Source: Acidimicrobiia bacterium
GTDB taxonomy: Bacteria > Actinomycetota > Acidimicrobiia > Spongiisociales > ZC4RG35
Assembly: GCA_050742015.1 (NCBI GenBank)
Contig: JBOGEV010000012.1
Coordinates: 326-64,325, forward strand
DNA: 64,000 bases
Reading direction: 5' to 3'
Shown here: in pieces, positions 54,425-63,732 of the stretch
Layout of the letters: every line of letters starts with the position of its first letter
How positions within the stretch are numbered: position 1 is the stretch's first letter
The notes under the pieces: generated by a model
What the model saw: the letters and a program-made list of their open reading frames with translations, nothing else
The model's database searches: none
What the model was told of the DNA's origin: nothing
Program-made: the position numbers and the translations under genes

Positions 54425-55774
54425 CTACAAGACCGTGGCAGCCATCTCGGCCAGGGGTGACCGCACCGACTTCTCCAGCGTGACATGGCCGAACAACGGC
54501 GACCCCTTGAACTTCTCGATGAGGGCGGCCATCCCTCCGAACGGCGAGATGTAGGGGTTGTCCACCTGGGTGAGGTCGCCGCAGAACACGACCTTGGAGT
54601 CCCGGGACATTCGAGTCAGGATCACCTTGAGCGTGGGGAGCTCGAGGTTCTGCGCCTCGTCGATGATGACGAATTCCCCGGTGATCGACCGGCCGCGCAG
54701 ATAGGTGACGGCCGCCATCTCCAAATCGCCTCGATCCATGAGCTCCTCGATGGCATGTTTCGCCCCGTCGACGCCGGCATCCGAGAAGAGAGCGAACAGG
54801 TTGTCATGCACCGCCGCCATCCAAGGGGCCAGCTTCTCGTTCAGGTCGCCGGGCAGATAGCCGACTTCCTGCCGCCCTACCGCGACCAGGGGGCGGTAAA
54901 CGGAGACCCGCCGGTACCGGCCTTGCTCGAGAACCTGTTCCAGGGCGGCGGCCAAGGCCAGAAATGTCTTGCCGGTGCCGGCCATGCCCATCAACGAGAC
55001 GGCCGGGATGTCCGGATCGAGCAACTGGTGCAGCGCCACGGTCTGGCGCACGTTCTTGGGCTCCACCCCGAACGCTCGCACATGAGTATGGACCCGCTCC
55101 ACCACCACCGTAGGCTCCGACTGCACGACCCGGGCCAGCGCCGATCGAGAGGGACCCGAGCGGAGGACCATGAACTGGTTGACCATCGCCTCCGCATCGT
55201 CGAGCACGATCTTTCCCTCGTTGAAGAGCCGGTCGATGGTGTCGCCGTCCGTCCTGAGCTCGACCAGCCCCGACTGGAGCTGCTCCACCGGGACGGTGTC
55301 CGCCCGATAGTCCTGAACCGGGACTCCGAGCTGCGCCCCCTTGATTCGTAGTGACGCATCCTTGGTGACCAGCACCGCCGGGGTGTGATCATGGAGGTTG
55401 AGACAGGTAGCCAGGATGCGGTGGTCGGGGGTGCGGGGATCGAGCACAGCGGGCAATCGGTCCGATACGACCCCATTGAGCTCGATGCGGAGTGAGCCGC
55501 CTCCGGGCAGCCGCACGGCCTCTTTTAGTCCCCCGGTCTGCGACGCACCCAACTCCTCCAGGAGGCGGATCGCCGATCGGGCGTTGGCGCCGACCTCGTC
55601 CATCCGGGTCTTCATCCGGTCCAACTCCTCGACGACGACGAGCGGCAGCACCACATCGTGTTCATCGAATCGGAGGGGGGACTGGGGGTCGGCGAGAAGG
55701 ACGCAGGTGTCGAGGACGAAGGTGCTCGCCACCTGACCGGTCTCCTTAGGGGTCGTCGCCAAGGACCACAGCAT
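54425..55774 (-). CDS. PhoH2-type protein (N-terminal PIN domain fused to PhoH-like ATPase)
   Basis: PIN start FVLDTCVLLADP and Walker A GMAGTGKTFLA. Its stop codon abuts the topA stop (TAG|CTA). Confidence 0.85.
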   Translation of the reverse strand: MLWSLATTPKETGQVASTFVLDTCVLLADPQSPLRFDEHDVVLPLVVVEELDRMKTRMDEVGANARSAIRLLEELGASQTGGLKEAVRLPGGGSLRIELNGVVSDRLPAVLDPRTPDHRILATCLNLHDHTPAVLVTKDASLRIKGAQLGVPVQDYRADTVPVEQLQSGLVELRTDGDTIDRLFNEGKIVLDDAEAMVNQFMVLRSGPSRSALARVVQSEPTVVVERVHTHVRAFGVEPKNVRQTVALHQLLDPDIPAVSLMGMAGTGKTFLALAAALEQVLEQGRYRRVSVYRPLVAVGRQEVGYLPGDLNEKLAPWMAAVHDNLFALFSDAGVDGAKHAIEELMDRGDLEMAAVTYLRGRSITGEFVIIDEAQNLELPTLKVILTRMSRDSKVVFCGDLTQVDNPYISPFGGMAALIEKFKGSPLFGHVTLEKSVRSPLAEMAATVL

Positions 55775-55822
55775 CCTCCACCCTGCCCCGAATTACAAGG
55801 ATCGCCGGTGGTGGGGCTCCGC

Positions 55823-56245
55823 TTACCGGGTTTCGGTGACCCGGAAGACCGGGAACTGGGCGGCTCGCTCCGCGAAGTCGTCGACGGTGGGGTTTTCGGG
55901 GACGTCCATGAAGGGGCGGGCGAAACTCTCCCGGGCGTGGTACGCGGCCACGACAGGTGCACCGGACCCATCGGCCATCTCCTCCAGACGCACCGAGCGC
56001 ACCTTGGAACCGTGACGCATAGTCACCGTTGGGTTCGCCCGCACGTTGTGGACCCAGGCCACCTCGCCGTACGGGGAAACCACATACTCGGTCCCATCCT
56101 CCACGAGCGGGCTCACGGGGACATGGCGCGGCTGGCCGCTCTTGTGACCGGTCGTGGTCAACACCTCGGACTTACCGATTCCACGACGCGCCATCCAGGT
56201 CATGATCCGGTTGACACCCTTGGTGGGGTGATACTCCTTGGCCAT
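55823..56245 (-). CDS. Deazaflavin (F420)-dependent nitroreductase family protein (DDN-like)
   Basis: Typical pattern GVNRIMTWMARRG ... LTTTGHKSGQPRHVPV ... AWVHNVRANP. Start at the ATG at 56245. Confidence 0.8.
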   Translation of the reverse strand: MAKEYHPTKGVNRIMTWMARRGIGKSEVLTTTGHKSGQPRHVPVSPLVEDGTEYVVSPYGEVAWVHNVRANPTVTMRHGSKVRSVRLEEMADGSGAPVVAAYHARESFARPFMDVPENPTVDDFAERAAQFPVFRVTETR

Positions 56246-56258
56246 GGCTGGAAGATAC

Positions 56259-57986
56259 TCAGCGACGCCGGGCGGCCCACTCCAGGAACTCATCCAGCGG
56301 CTTGGTGTTCACCACACGGTCCCCGGTCACCCAACCCCGTTGGGCGTAGGAGACTCCATACCCCATCCGAGCCCACTCACTGATGTGGTGGGAGTCGGTG
56401 TCGATCACGAAGTCGACGCCTCGTGCCATGGCCCGTCGCGTCACGTCCGCCGAGGCATCGAGGCGGTCGAGCGCTCCGTTGATCTCGAGGGCGACCCCGG
56501 TGACCTCCAGAGCCTCCAGCACGACGTCGATGTCGAGCTCGACCCCCGGCCGGCGACCGATATACCGCCCGGTGAGATGCCCGATGGCGTTGACAGCCGG
56601 GTCGTGCAGGGCGGCCAGGATGCGGGCCGTCTGTTGGTCCTGAGGCAGATCGAAGTGGGAGTGGATGGAGGCCACGCAATAGTCGAACTCGAGCCTGAAG
56701 TCGGCGTCGTAGTCGAGATCACCGTCGGGGCCGATGTTGAGCTCACAGCCGAAGAGGAGACGGACCTGCGGATACTTGTCCTGAAGCCCGCGAATCCGAT
56801 CTCGATGCTCGAGCATCACCTCGCGTGGCGATCCGTTGATGGCCAGATCCTCCCCGTGGTCGGTGAACGCAACGTATTCGTACCCGCGGCCGACTGCCGC
56901 CTCGATCATCTCCTCCAGCGTCGACCTGCCATCGCCGGATCGGTCGGAGTGATAGTGGAGATCTCCCCTGATCTGGGACAACTCGACCACTGCCGGCAGT
57001 TCACGGGCCGCAGCCGCTTCGACCTCGCCGCTCCCCTCCCGCAATGGAGGCGGGACCGACTGCATCTCCAGCGCCTGGTAGATGTCATCCTCGGTCTTCG
57101 AAGCCACCACGTCCTCCCCCTCGAACAACCCGTACTCACTGAGCAGCCATCCCTGGTCGAGGGCGCGCTGACGGAGGGCGATGTTGTGGGCCTTGGACCC
57201 GGTGAAGTAGAGGAGGGCCGACCCCAGCTGATCGGGTTCGACGGTGCGTACATCGACCTGCAGCCCTTCCCGAGTCAGGAACGAGGTCTTGGTGCTTCCC
57301 GAGCCGATCACCTCCACGGATTCGGGCAGTCCGACTACGAACTTCGAGACGGCGTCGGGATCGGTCGTCGCCACCACGATGTCGATGTCGCCCACCGTGT
57401 CGGAGAAGCGGCGAATCGAGCCGCACGGCACCGCGGCCTCGACCGGGTCGAGAGCGGAGATGCGCGCCGCCAGCGACCGGGCCAGGGGAAGGGCCTCGAT
57501 GATCGGAGTGCGCCGGTCTTTCCCGTGGAGCCCGAGTCGCTCAATCGCCTTTGCGATCTTCTCCTCGGAGGTCTTGCCCAGACCAGGCAGCTCCCGGAGT
57601 TGCTCGCCCGCGATCGCCTGACGGAGACCTTCGATGTCCTGAACACCGAGCTCGGCCCGGATGAGCTTGAGAGTCTTCGGCCCGAGACCGGGGATCTTGG
57701 AGAGCTCCACGAAAGCCGGCGGGTACTTGTCGCGCAGGTCGACGAGTTTTGCTACCGATCCCGTCGTCATGAACTCGATGATCTTGTCCGCGGTCGACCC
57801 ACCGACACCTTTGATCTCGGTGAGCTCCTTCTTGCTCAGACCCTCGAGCTCCCCTTGGTAGCCCTCGATGCCGTGGAGGGCGTTCTCGTAGGCACGGGCC
57901 CGAAAGGCCTGGGAGCTCCCCTCGTCGAGGGCAGCCAGCTTGGCCAACTCGGACAGCATCCGGAGCACTTCGAGACGGGTGGCCAT
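56259..57986 (-). CDS. polX: DNA polymerase X family protein with C-terminal PHP phosphoesterase domain
   Basis: HhH/Pol-beta-like N-terminal half (GVGGSTADKI; GSIRR..DTVGDIDIVV) and a PHP domain (GDLHYHSDRSGDG; DTDSHH). 575 aa. Confidence 0.9.
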   Translation of the reverse strand: MATRLEVLRMLSELAKLAALDEGSSQAFRARAYENALHGIEGYQGELEGLSKKELTEIKGVGGSTADKIIEFMTTGSVAKLVDLRDKYPPAFVELSKIPGLGPKTLKLIRAELGVQDIEGLRQAIAGEQLRELPGLGKTSEEKIAKAIERLGLHGKDRRTPIIEALPLARSLAARISALDPVEAAVPCGSIRRFSDTVGDIDIVVATTDPDAVSKFVVGLPESVEVIGSGSTKTSFLTREGLQVDVRTVEPDQLGSALLYFTGSKAHNIALRQRALDQGWLLSEYGLFEGEDVVASKTEDDIYQALEMQSVPPPLREGSGEVEAAAARELPAVVELSQIRGDLHYHSDRSGDGRSTLEEMIEAAVGRGYEYVAFTDHGEDLAINGSPREVMLEHRDRIRGLQDKYPQVRLLFGCELNIGPDGDLDYDADFRLEFDYCVASIHSHFDLPQDQQTARILAALHDPAVNAIGHLTGRYIGRRPGVELDIDVVLEALEVTGVALEINGALDRLDASADVTRRAMARGVDFVIDTDSHHISEWARMGYGVSYAQRGWVTGDRVVNTKPLDEFLEWAARRR

Positions 57987-58011
57987 GACGCCGCGAGCCT
58001 AGATCCGCTCC

Positions 58012-58494
58012 TCAGTCGTCGGCGATGGAGGCGAGGGACCCTCCGGTGACCTCGATGACAGCCGGCGGGGCGAGCTCGAGCTGAATGCCGCGCCGACCAC
58101 CGGAGACAGCGATCGTCTCGAATCCGAAGGCGGACGAGTCGAGGGTCAGACTTAGCGCCCTCCGCTGACCGAACGGGCTGATCCCGCCAGTGACGTAGCC
58201 GGTCAATCGCTCGGCCTCGGTAGGGGAGGCCAACGTGCATTGCTTGCCGCCCACGACCCGGGCCAGCTTCCTGGTAGAGAGTCTTCGAGACACCGGAATC
58301 ACGGCTATCACCGGCTGGTCGTCCACCTCGGCCACCAATGTCTTGAAGACCCGGGTCGGGGGCATCCCGATGGCGGCGGCCACTGCCTCCCCGTAGCCGT
58401 CACCGACCTTCTCGGCAACGTCGTAGAGGTGGATCACGTAGGTCACGCCTGCTCGATCGAGAGCCTCAGTCGCCCTGGTGGCACGTCCCGCCAT
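58012..58494 (-). CDS. ybaK: Cys-tRNA(Pro)/Cys-tRNA(Cys) deacylase YbaK
   Basis: YbaK/EbsC pattern (FKTLV; GYVTGGISPFGQ). 160 aa. Confidence 0.85.
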   Translation of the reverse strand: MAGRATRATEALDRAGVTYVIHLYDVAEKVGDGYGEAVAAAIGMPPTRVFKTLVAEVDDQPVIAVIPVSRRLSTRKLARVVGGKQCTLASPTEAERLTGYVTGGISPFGQRRALSLTLDSSAFGFETIAVSGGRRGIQLELAPPAVIEVTGGSLASIADD

Positions 58495-58498
58495 CCAC

Positions 58499-58873
58499 TC
58501 ACCAACGCTCGACCAGATGCTCGCGCCCCGGTGGCGGGTCGTAGGGCTCGGGCCAGAAGTCCGTCACCGTCGTGATCACACCACCGGCAAAAGTGAAGAA
58601 CGCCATCGCGTCGGCCGGGGCGGACCCGGGGACCTCCCACATGAACCAGGCCACGCCGTTTTCCTCATCGGCCACGGCTACCTCGACCGTGAGATGCCAC
58701 TCGCCCGGGTATTCCTGGTTGAACTGGAGGTAACGATCCCGACCCCGGATCCGCTCTCGAGTCTGGGGGACTTCGTAGATCACGTCGGGATGCAAAAGGG
58801 CCGCCCATGCTTCCCAGTCGCGTTGGTCCAGAGTCGTGATGAAGTCTTTGACCAGGTCGCGGTTGGTGGGCAC
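58499..58873 (-). CDS. NTF2/SnoaL-like fold protein
   Basis: 124 aa, reading LVKDFITTLDQRDWEAWAALLHPDVIYEVPQT... Confidence 0.65.
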   Translation of the reverse strand: MPTNRDLVKDFITTLDQRDWEAWAALLHPDVIYEVPQTRERIRGRDRYLQFNQEYPGEWHLTVEVAVADEENGVAWFMWEVPGSAPADAMAFFTFAGGVITTVTDFWPEPYDPPPGREHLVERW

Positions 58874-58900
58874 CGTCCCAACCCTATTGACGACGGATCA

Positions 58901-59287
58901 TCACCGGCCGAGCCAAGCCCGGGGCTCGAACTCGGCCCGAGCCGTCTTCCCCACGAGCACCTCGCCGAAGAGAGGGAGATCGGCGGTCAGAGCCACGGTC
59001 ACCGCGGCCACTCTGGTCTGGAGACTGCCATCCACCGGGCACCGGCAGCTGACGAGCCGGGTGCCATTGCGAGCCGCAAACTCCGCCGCCACCGCCCGCG
59101 GAGCAGCCGCTCCGGTGGGCGGGTAGGTGGCGACTGCGGCGGCAAGTGCTGCCGATTCGGCCGCGGTAGCCGCCTTCTCCCGGGCATCGAACAGGACACC
59201 CAAGGCCGCGGTGGCGACACCGAGGGTGGCGATCAGGGCGCAGAGGCCGACCATGAGGACCGCCATAGCGCCCCGATCGCTGTTCAT
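58901..59287 (-). CDS. TadE-like pseudopilin (helicase/secretion-neighbourhood type, Rv3654c/Rv3655c-like)
   Basis: N-terminal hydrophobic segment GAMAVLMVGLCALIATLGVA. Last gene of the Tad-like operon. ATGA overlap with the upstream gene. Confidence 0.65.
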   Translation of the reverse strand: MNSDRGAMAVLMVGLCALIATLGVATAALGVLFDAREKAATAAESAALAAAVATYPPTGAAAPRAVAAEFAARNGTRLVSCRCPVDGSLQTRVAAVTVALTADLPLFGEVLVGKTARAEFEPRAWLGR

Positions 59288-59628
59288 CTCTCGGTTCGCA
59301 TCGTCGCTCTGGCCGAAAGCTCGACACCCACGCCGGACGGGAAGGGCCTGCCCAACGCGTATCGCATCGTCACCGAGACGTTGGCCGGAGCACCGACCCT
59401 CGATGGCCGCTCGACCGAGACCCGGGCACCGTCCCGCATCGCCGGCGAGAGGGAAGCCAACACCGCCTCGACGGCCTTTGCCGGGTCCGGCGTGGTTGCG
59501 GCCACCCTGGCCCCGTCCCGGACGGCGGCCTGCAGCTCGATCCGCGTTCGGGCGACACCGATGAGCTGGATCGACGCCACCACCACCAGGATCACGATCG
59601 GAAGGACGAGGAAGAACTCGACGGTCAT
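59284..59628 (-). CDS. TadE-family protein
   Basis: MTVEFFLVLPIVILVVVASIQL N-terminus (TadE motif). Start at the ATG at 59628. Confidence 0.7.
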   Translation of the reverse strand: MTVEFFLVLPIVILVVVASIQLIGVARTRIELQAAVRDGARVAATTPDPAKAVEAVLASLSPAMRDGARVSVERPSRVGAPANVSVTMRYALGRPFPSGVGVELSARATMRTER

Positions 59629-59645
59629 CGACCCGCGTTCGTCGC

Positions 59646-59837
59646 TCAGAACTTGCCCGCGACCCAGTCGATGACCTTCCCGAACAGGCCTCCGAGGAGC
59701 CCGCTCCCGCTCCCTGATTGCAGCCACCTCAGGGCGATCACGGCCAAAGCCGTCGCCGCCAGGATGACCAGGAAGTATTCGACCGTGCCTTGCCCGCGGT
59801 CGTCGCGCGTGGCAAGCCAAGTCAGTATCCGTGCCAT
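59646..59837 (-). CDS. Flp-type pilin-like protein (DUF4244-like)
   Basis: 63 aa with leader ...RDDRGQG followed by TVEYFLVILAATALAVIAL, the Flp G/XXXXEY-type processing motif. Confidence 0.7.
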   Translation of the reverse strand: MARILTWLATRDDRGQGTVEYFLVILAATALAVIALRWLQSGSGSGLLGGLFGKVIDWVAGKF

Positions 59838-59888
59838 TGACTCTCCTTCTTCTCCGGTAGCCGACCGGGGCGGGGAGAAGTGCGGATC

Positions 59889-60428
59889 TCATGTCAGGGG
59901 CCCGGACAGCTCGTCGAAGAGTCGGAGCAGGGAAGGGGCGTAGAGGAGTAGGACCAGGCCGGGAAGCAGGAAGAGTGTCAACGGCACCATCAGGCGCACC
60001 GGCAAGGCGCGGGAGCCGGCCACGCGTCTCGCTTTCTCGGCGGCGATGTCGGCCTCGATCATGGACCGGACCGTGTCACCGAGGGCGGCGCCGGATTTCT
60101 GGGCCCGGGCCAGTTGGGCGAGCACGCCTTTCATCTCCCCGCTCATCAGAAGGACCGCCTGGGTCAGCCCCGAGATGGTGGCGACGCGGGCCGCCAGCAC
60201 CAGGTCGTGCTGGCCGGGGAACATCGCAGCCACGGTTTGCAGGGCACCGAGCACCGAGCGGCCCGATCGCAGCTCCACGAGCAGCACGATGAGGACCGGT
60301 CGGATCATCGAGGCGCGAGGTCGGATCCGGGTCCGAAGACGTGTGAGGCCGTGCGCGGCCATGGCCACCATCGCCCCGGGAAGTCCTGCGATGGCGAGAC
60401 CGGCCGAACCGATGATGACCAGCCTCAT
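59889..60428 (-). CDS. Type II secretion system F-family protein (TadC-like)
   Basis: 179-aa membrane protein with a T2SSF-like C-terminal part (RALPVRLMVPLTLFLLPGLVLLL). Overlaps the upstream gene. Confidence 0.7.
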   Translation of the reverse strand: MRLVIIGSAGLAIAGLPGAMVAMAAHGLTRLRTRIRPRASMIRPVLIVLLVELRSGRSVLGALQTVAAMFPGQHDLVLAARVATISGLTQAVLLMSGEMKGVLAQLARAQKSGAALGDTVRSMIEADIAAEKARRVAGSRALPVRLMVPLTLFLLPGLVLLLYAPSLLRLFDELSGPLT

Positions 60429-61066
60429 CGGGATCTCCTCAGGATCACGATCGAGAAAGAGAGTCCGACGGCGACGAGCGCCAGACCGACCAAGGCGGCG
60501 GCCCGTTGCGCCGGTTGCCTGAGGAAGGGCTCGAGCTCACCCCGGGTCACCGCCCAGCCCGCGGCCAGGAGCGGAGCGATGAGGAGCACGGCACCGGTCG
60601 CCCGCGCCGGCGCCGAAGCGATCCGGACCTCGTGGGCCACCTCCACCTGGGCCAGGGCCAGCCCGCCGATCTCGTCGAAGAGGGCCGCAGGGGAGATGCC
60701 CATCCCATCGGCGCGGGTGAGAAGCGCCCCGAGCTCGGGCCCGATCTCGGTGAACTCGCCCCGGGCCTCTCGTGCGAGCTCGTGAGTCGAGGCTCCGAGC
60801 CGGCAGAGTCGGGCCAGATCGGTGGCGTCCACCGACGTGGCTGCCTTCTCCAACCCGGTCCGGAGGGTGGCGCCGGCCCGAAGCTCACCCGATACCGCCT
60901 CGCAGAACTGCGCCGCCCTCATCGAGAGCCCCGGCCGAGCCCGCCACCAGTGGACCGCGATGAGGCAGGCCGCGGGCAGCGGAGCCAGGGTCGCCAGGAG
61001 CAATAGCCCCAGATGACGCCAATCGACGCCGAGCCCAACCCCGACGGCGATGAGGACCCAGGTCAT
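60425..61066 (-). CDS. Type II secretion system F-family protein (TadB-like)
   Basis: 213-aa membrane protein. ATGA overlap with the tadA-like stop at 61063..61066. Confidence 0.65.
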   Translation of the reverse strand: MTWVLIAVGVGLGVDWRHLGLLLLATLAPLPAACLIAVHWWRARPGLSMRAAQFCEAVSGELRAGATLRTGLEKAATSVDATDLARLCRLGASTHELAREARGEFTEIGPELGALLTRADGMGISPAALFDEIGGLALAQVEVAHEVRIASAPARATGAVLLIAPLLAAGWAVTRGELEPFLRQPAQRAAALVGLALVAVGLSFSIVILRRSR

Positions 61067-62103
61067 GGCTCGACTCCGTCGGGACCGACCTCCGCGATCT
61101 GGGAGACGACCCGGACCCCGTCGGCCCTGTCCAACTGCACCACCAGATCGATGGCGGCCAGCAGTTGTCTCCTCACCGCCATCTCTGAAGTGTCTCCCGC
61201 CGAGAGGGCCAGTGTCTCCAACCTCCACAGCGCCTCCCGGGGGGCATTGGCGTGGATCGTGGACAGGGACCCGCGATGACCGGTGTTGAGGGCCGAGATC
61301 AGGTCGAGGGCCTCACTTCCCCGCACCTCGCCCACGATGATCCGGTCCGGGCGCAGGCGCAGGGCCGAGCGAAGGAGTTGACGGATCGTTATCTCGCCCA
61401 CGCCCTCGGGATTCGGCGGATGCGCCTCCAATCGAACACGGTGGCCCGGAATGCGCAGCTCCGCGGCATCCTCGATGGTCACGACTCGCTCGCTGATCGG
61501 GATGTGGGCGGCCAGCAGGTTGAGGAGGGTGGTCTTTCCGGTTCCGGTGCCGCCGGAGACCAGAATGGTTCTCCTCGCGCGCACGGCTTTCGCCATGGTC
61601 TCGACCTGGGTAGGAGTGGCTGTGCCCGCCCCGACGAGCTCGTCCAGAGAGGCCACTGCCTGGGTGAATCTCCGAATGGCGATGATCGGGTGGTCGACGG
61701 ACGCCGGTGGGACCACCACGTGGATCCGGCTCCCGTCGCCGAGTCGGCCGTCGACCATGGGAGATGAGCGGTCGACCCTGAGACCGAGAGGGGCGATGAC
61801 CCGTTCCACGGCGGCGTATAAGTCGGCCTCGCTCGCGAACTGCCCCTCGACCCGGGTGAGGGCTCCACCCCGATCCACCCAGATGTCACCGGGTCCGTTG
61901 ACCAGGATGTCAGTCACAGCCGGATCGGCCAGGAGCGGTTCGAGCGGGCCCAGCCCGAGAACGCGATCCGCGATCGTCGCCGCCCAATCACCTGCGTGAT
62001 TGGGTGACGCCAGCCCGAGGAGACGTCGGGCTTCTGCGGTCACCTCGGACCGACGTAGCGGGACCCCGCCCGTGGCTATGTCGTCGACGACCCGGTCGAT
62101 CAC
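61063..62103 (-). CDS. tadA: Tad/CpaF-type secretion ATPase (TadA-like)
   Basis: Walker A SGGTGTGKTT, Walker B IIVGEVRG and a His box (GHRGSLSTIHAN). Start at the GTG at 62103, overlapping the upstream stop (GTGA). Confidence 0.85.
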   Translation of the reverse strand: MIDRVVDDIATGGVPLRRSEVTAEARRLLGLASPNHAGDWAATIADRVLGLGPLEPLLADPAVTDILVNGPGDIWVDRGGALTRVEGQFASEADLYAAVERVIAPLGLRVDRSSPMVDGRLGDGSRIHVVVPPASVDHPIIAIRRFTQAVASLDELVGAGTATPTQVETMAKAVRARRTILVSGGTGTGKTTLLNLLAAHIPISERVVTIEDAAELRIPGHRVRLEAHPPNPEGVGEITIRQLLRSALRLRPDRIIVGEVRGSEALDLISALNTGHRGSLSTIHANAPREALWRLETLALSAGDTSEMAVRRQLLAAIDLVVQLDRADGVRVVSQIAEVGPDGVEP

Positions 62104-62663
62104 GCCCACGGGAGCCCCCAGACACCTTCCCAAGCCCGGACCCACCGGGCGCGCCCGACCGATCTTCCCGAGAGCATCCGTCGCACCAACGAGCCGCTGA
62201 GCCTGGGCAAAACCGGCCCGGGACCGGTCGGCCTGACGCCGGCCACCACTGGCTGCCACACCGCCGGACTTGGTTCGGCCGAGTGCAGAAAACCTGAAAG
62301 CAGCGGTCGTACGGGGACCGTGGGCCCGGTCCACTGGCCGGGTTCGCATCGGACCACGATCGCGGGCCAGTTGACCGCCAAGGCCTCGATGGCCGGGCGG
62401 GTCTCCTCGATCGATATCGGACCGGAGGCCAACAGGGCCACCCCCGACCGGCCCGGGCTCAACTCGGACAACGATGGCCCTTCGTTCGCCAGATCGGACA
62501 AAGTCCGGTTGCCATGGAGCGTCAGATCGCGGCAGAGGTCGACGACCAGGGCGCTGCCCGCCGCCTGGGCCAGGCCCAGCGCCGAAACCAGCGAAAGAAC
62601 CGGGTCGGCCGACGCGACTCCGAGGACGCCAAGCCCACCTGGAGATCTCCCCATCCCCACCAT
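62100..62663 (-). CDS. Short CpaE/Ssd-like protein without recognisable P-loop
   Basis: Positionally equivalent to the CpaE-like (Rv3660c-type) gene upstream of tadA. It is 187 aa. The Walker A position reads VLGVASADPVLSL instead of G..GG.GK(T/S). Confidence 0.5.
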   Translation of the reverse strand: MVGMGRSPGGLGVLGVASADPVLSLVSALGLAQAAGSALVVDLCRDLTLHGNRTLSDLANEGPSLSELSPGRSGVALLASGPISIEETRPAIEALAVNWPAIVVRCEPGQWTGPTVPVRPLLSGFLHSAEPSPAVWQPVVAGVRPTGPGPVLPRLSGSLVRRMLSGRSVGRARWVRAWEGVWGLPWA

Positions 62664-62693
62664 GGGCTCGAAAGTATCGAGCCCGGGCCGGCC

Positions 62694-63083
62694 CTACAAG
62701 GGGTATGTGCCGGGTAGGTCCGGGCCGGCGGACATCTCCACGACCCGCCATCGGTAGCCGGCCGCCACGACGGCAGCCATCAGGTCGTGAGCCGAATATT
62801 CGCCTTCCGGAATGGCCCGCAGCACTTCGGCGTCCAATACGAATCCTTCGACCGCCCACAGTTCGTCACGGTTCAGATGGTGGACAACCCGCCCGGACTC
62901 TGCCTGCTTGACCGCTTCGTTGACCCGGGCCACCAGCAAACCGGGCATGGGGACATCTTCGGAGAGCCACTGGAGCGCCATGTGCTCACCCCGATGGTCG
63001 ATCACGGTCGGCGCTGCGCCGCTCGAAGCACGCTGACTCAGGACCTGGGGATCGATCACGCCCCAAAAGTACCCTCCGCCCAT
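62694..63083 (-). CDS. Hypothetical protein
   Basis: Open frame with no recognised domain. Start is uncertain (ATG at 63083, or 62981 giving 96 aa). The 63155 start would overlap ispD. Confidence 0.4.
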   Translation of the reverse strand: MGGGYFWGVIDPQVLSQRASSGAAPTVIDHRGEHMALQWLSEDVPMPGLLVARVNEAVKQAESGRVVHHLNRDELWAVEGFVLDAEVLRAIPEGEYSAHDLMAAVVAAGYRWRVVEMSAGPDLPGTYPL

Positions 63084-63732
63084 GATCGATCGGGTCATGA
63101 TCGTGGTGGCCGCGGGCAGCAGCGTCAGGTTCGGTGGCGACAAGCTGCTGGCCATGGTGGCCGGTCGCCCTCTCGTGGCTCACACGGTGGCCGCGGTGAT
63201 CGAACATGTCGACCATTGCGTCCTCGTCTGCCGGCAGGATCAGATGGCTTCGCTCGACGGGCTGGGGGCAGAACTGGTCCCCGGTGGCCCGACCAGAACG
63301 GCATCCGAGATGGCCGGCCTGTCCGCACTCGGGGGTCAGGCGGGCCTGATCGGGATCCACGACGGGGCGCGGCCCTTGGTACAGGGCTCCTTGATCGAGA
63401 CCCTTTTCCGGGTCGCCGACCGGGTAGGCGGGGCGATCCCCATCCTGGAGCCCGAGATGCCCCTGATCCACAAGTCCGATCTCTCCCCCGCGGCGTCCGC
63501 CGTGGTCGCCCAGACCCCCCAGGTGTTCCGGGGCGAGGAGCTGCTCGCCGCCTACACGGCTGCGACCCGAGTCGAGTATCAGGCCCAGGACACCGCCGAG
63601 GTCGTTCAGAAATTCGGCCGGCTCGTCATCGAAGGCGTCCCTGGTGACCCGGCCAACATCAAGGTGACCGAGCCAGCGGATATCGAGGTAGTCAGGGCAG
63701 CGCTAGAGCCTTCTCGTAACGAACCTCGTTGA
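63082..63732 (+). CDS. ispD: 2-C-methyl-D-erythritol 4-phosphate cytidylyltransferase
   Basis: VAAGSSVRFGGDK P-loop-like motif, IHDGARP and QTPQVF motifs. Start is ATG 63082 or, more typical for the family, 63097. Confidence 0.9.
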   Translation: MIDRVMIVVAAGSSVRFGGDKLLAMVAGRPLVAHTVAAVIEHVDHCVLVCRQDQMASLDGLGAELVPGGPTRTASEMAGLSALGGQAGLIGIHDGARPLVQGSLIETLFRVADRVGGAIPILEPEMPLIHKSDLSPAASAVVAQTPQVFRGEELLAAYTAATRVEYQAQDTAEVVQKFGRLVIEGVPGDPANIKVTEPADIEVVRAALEPSRNEPR

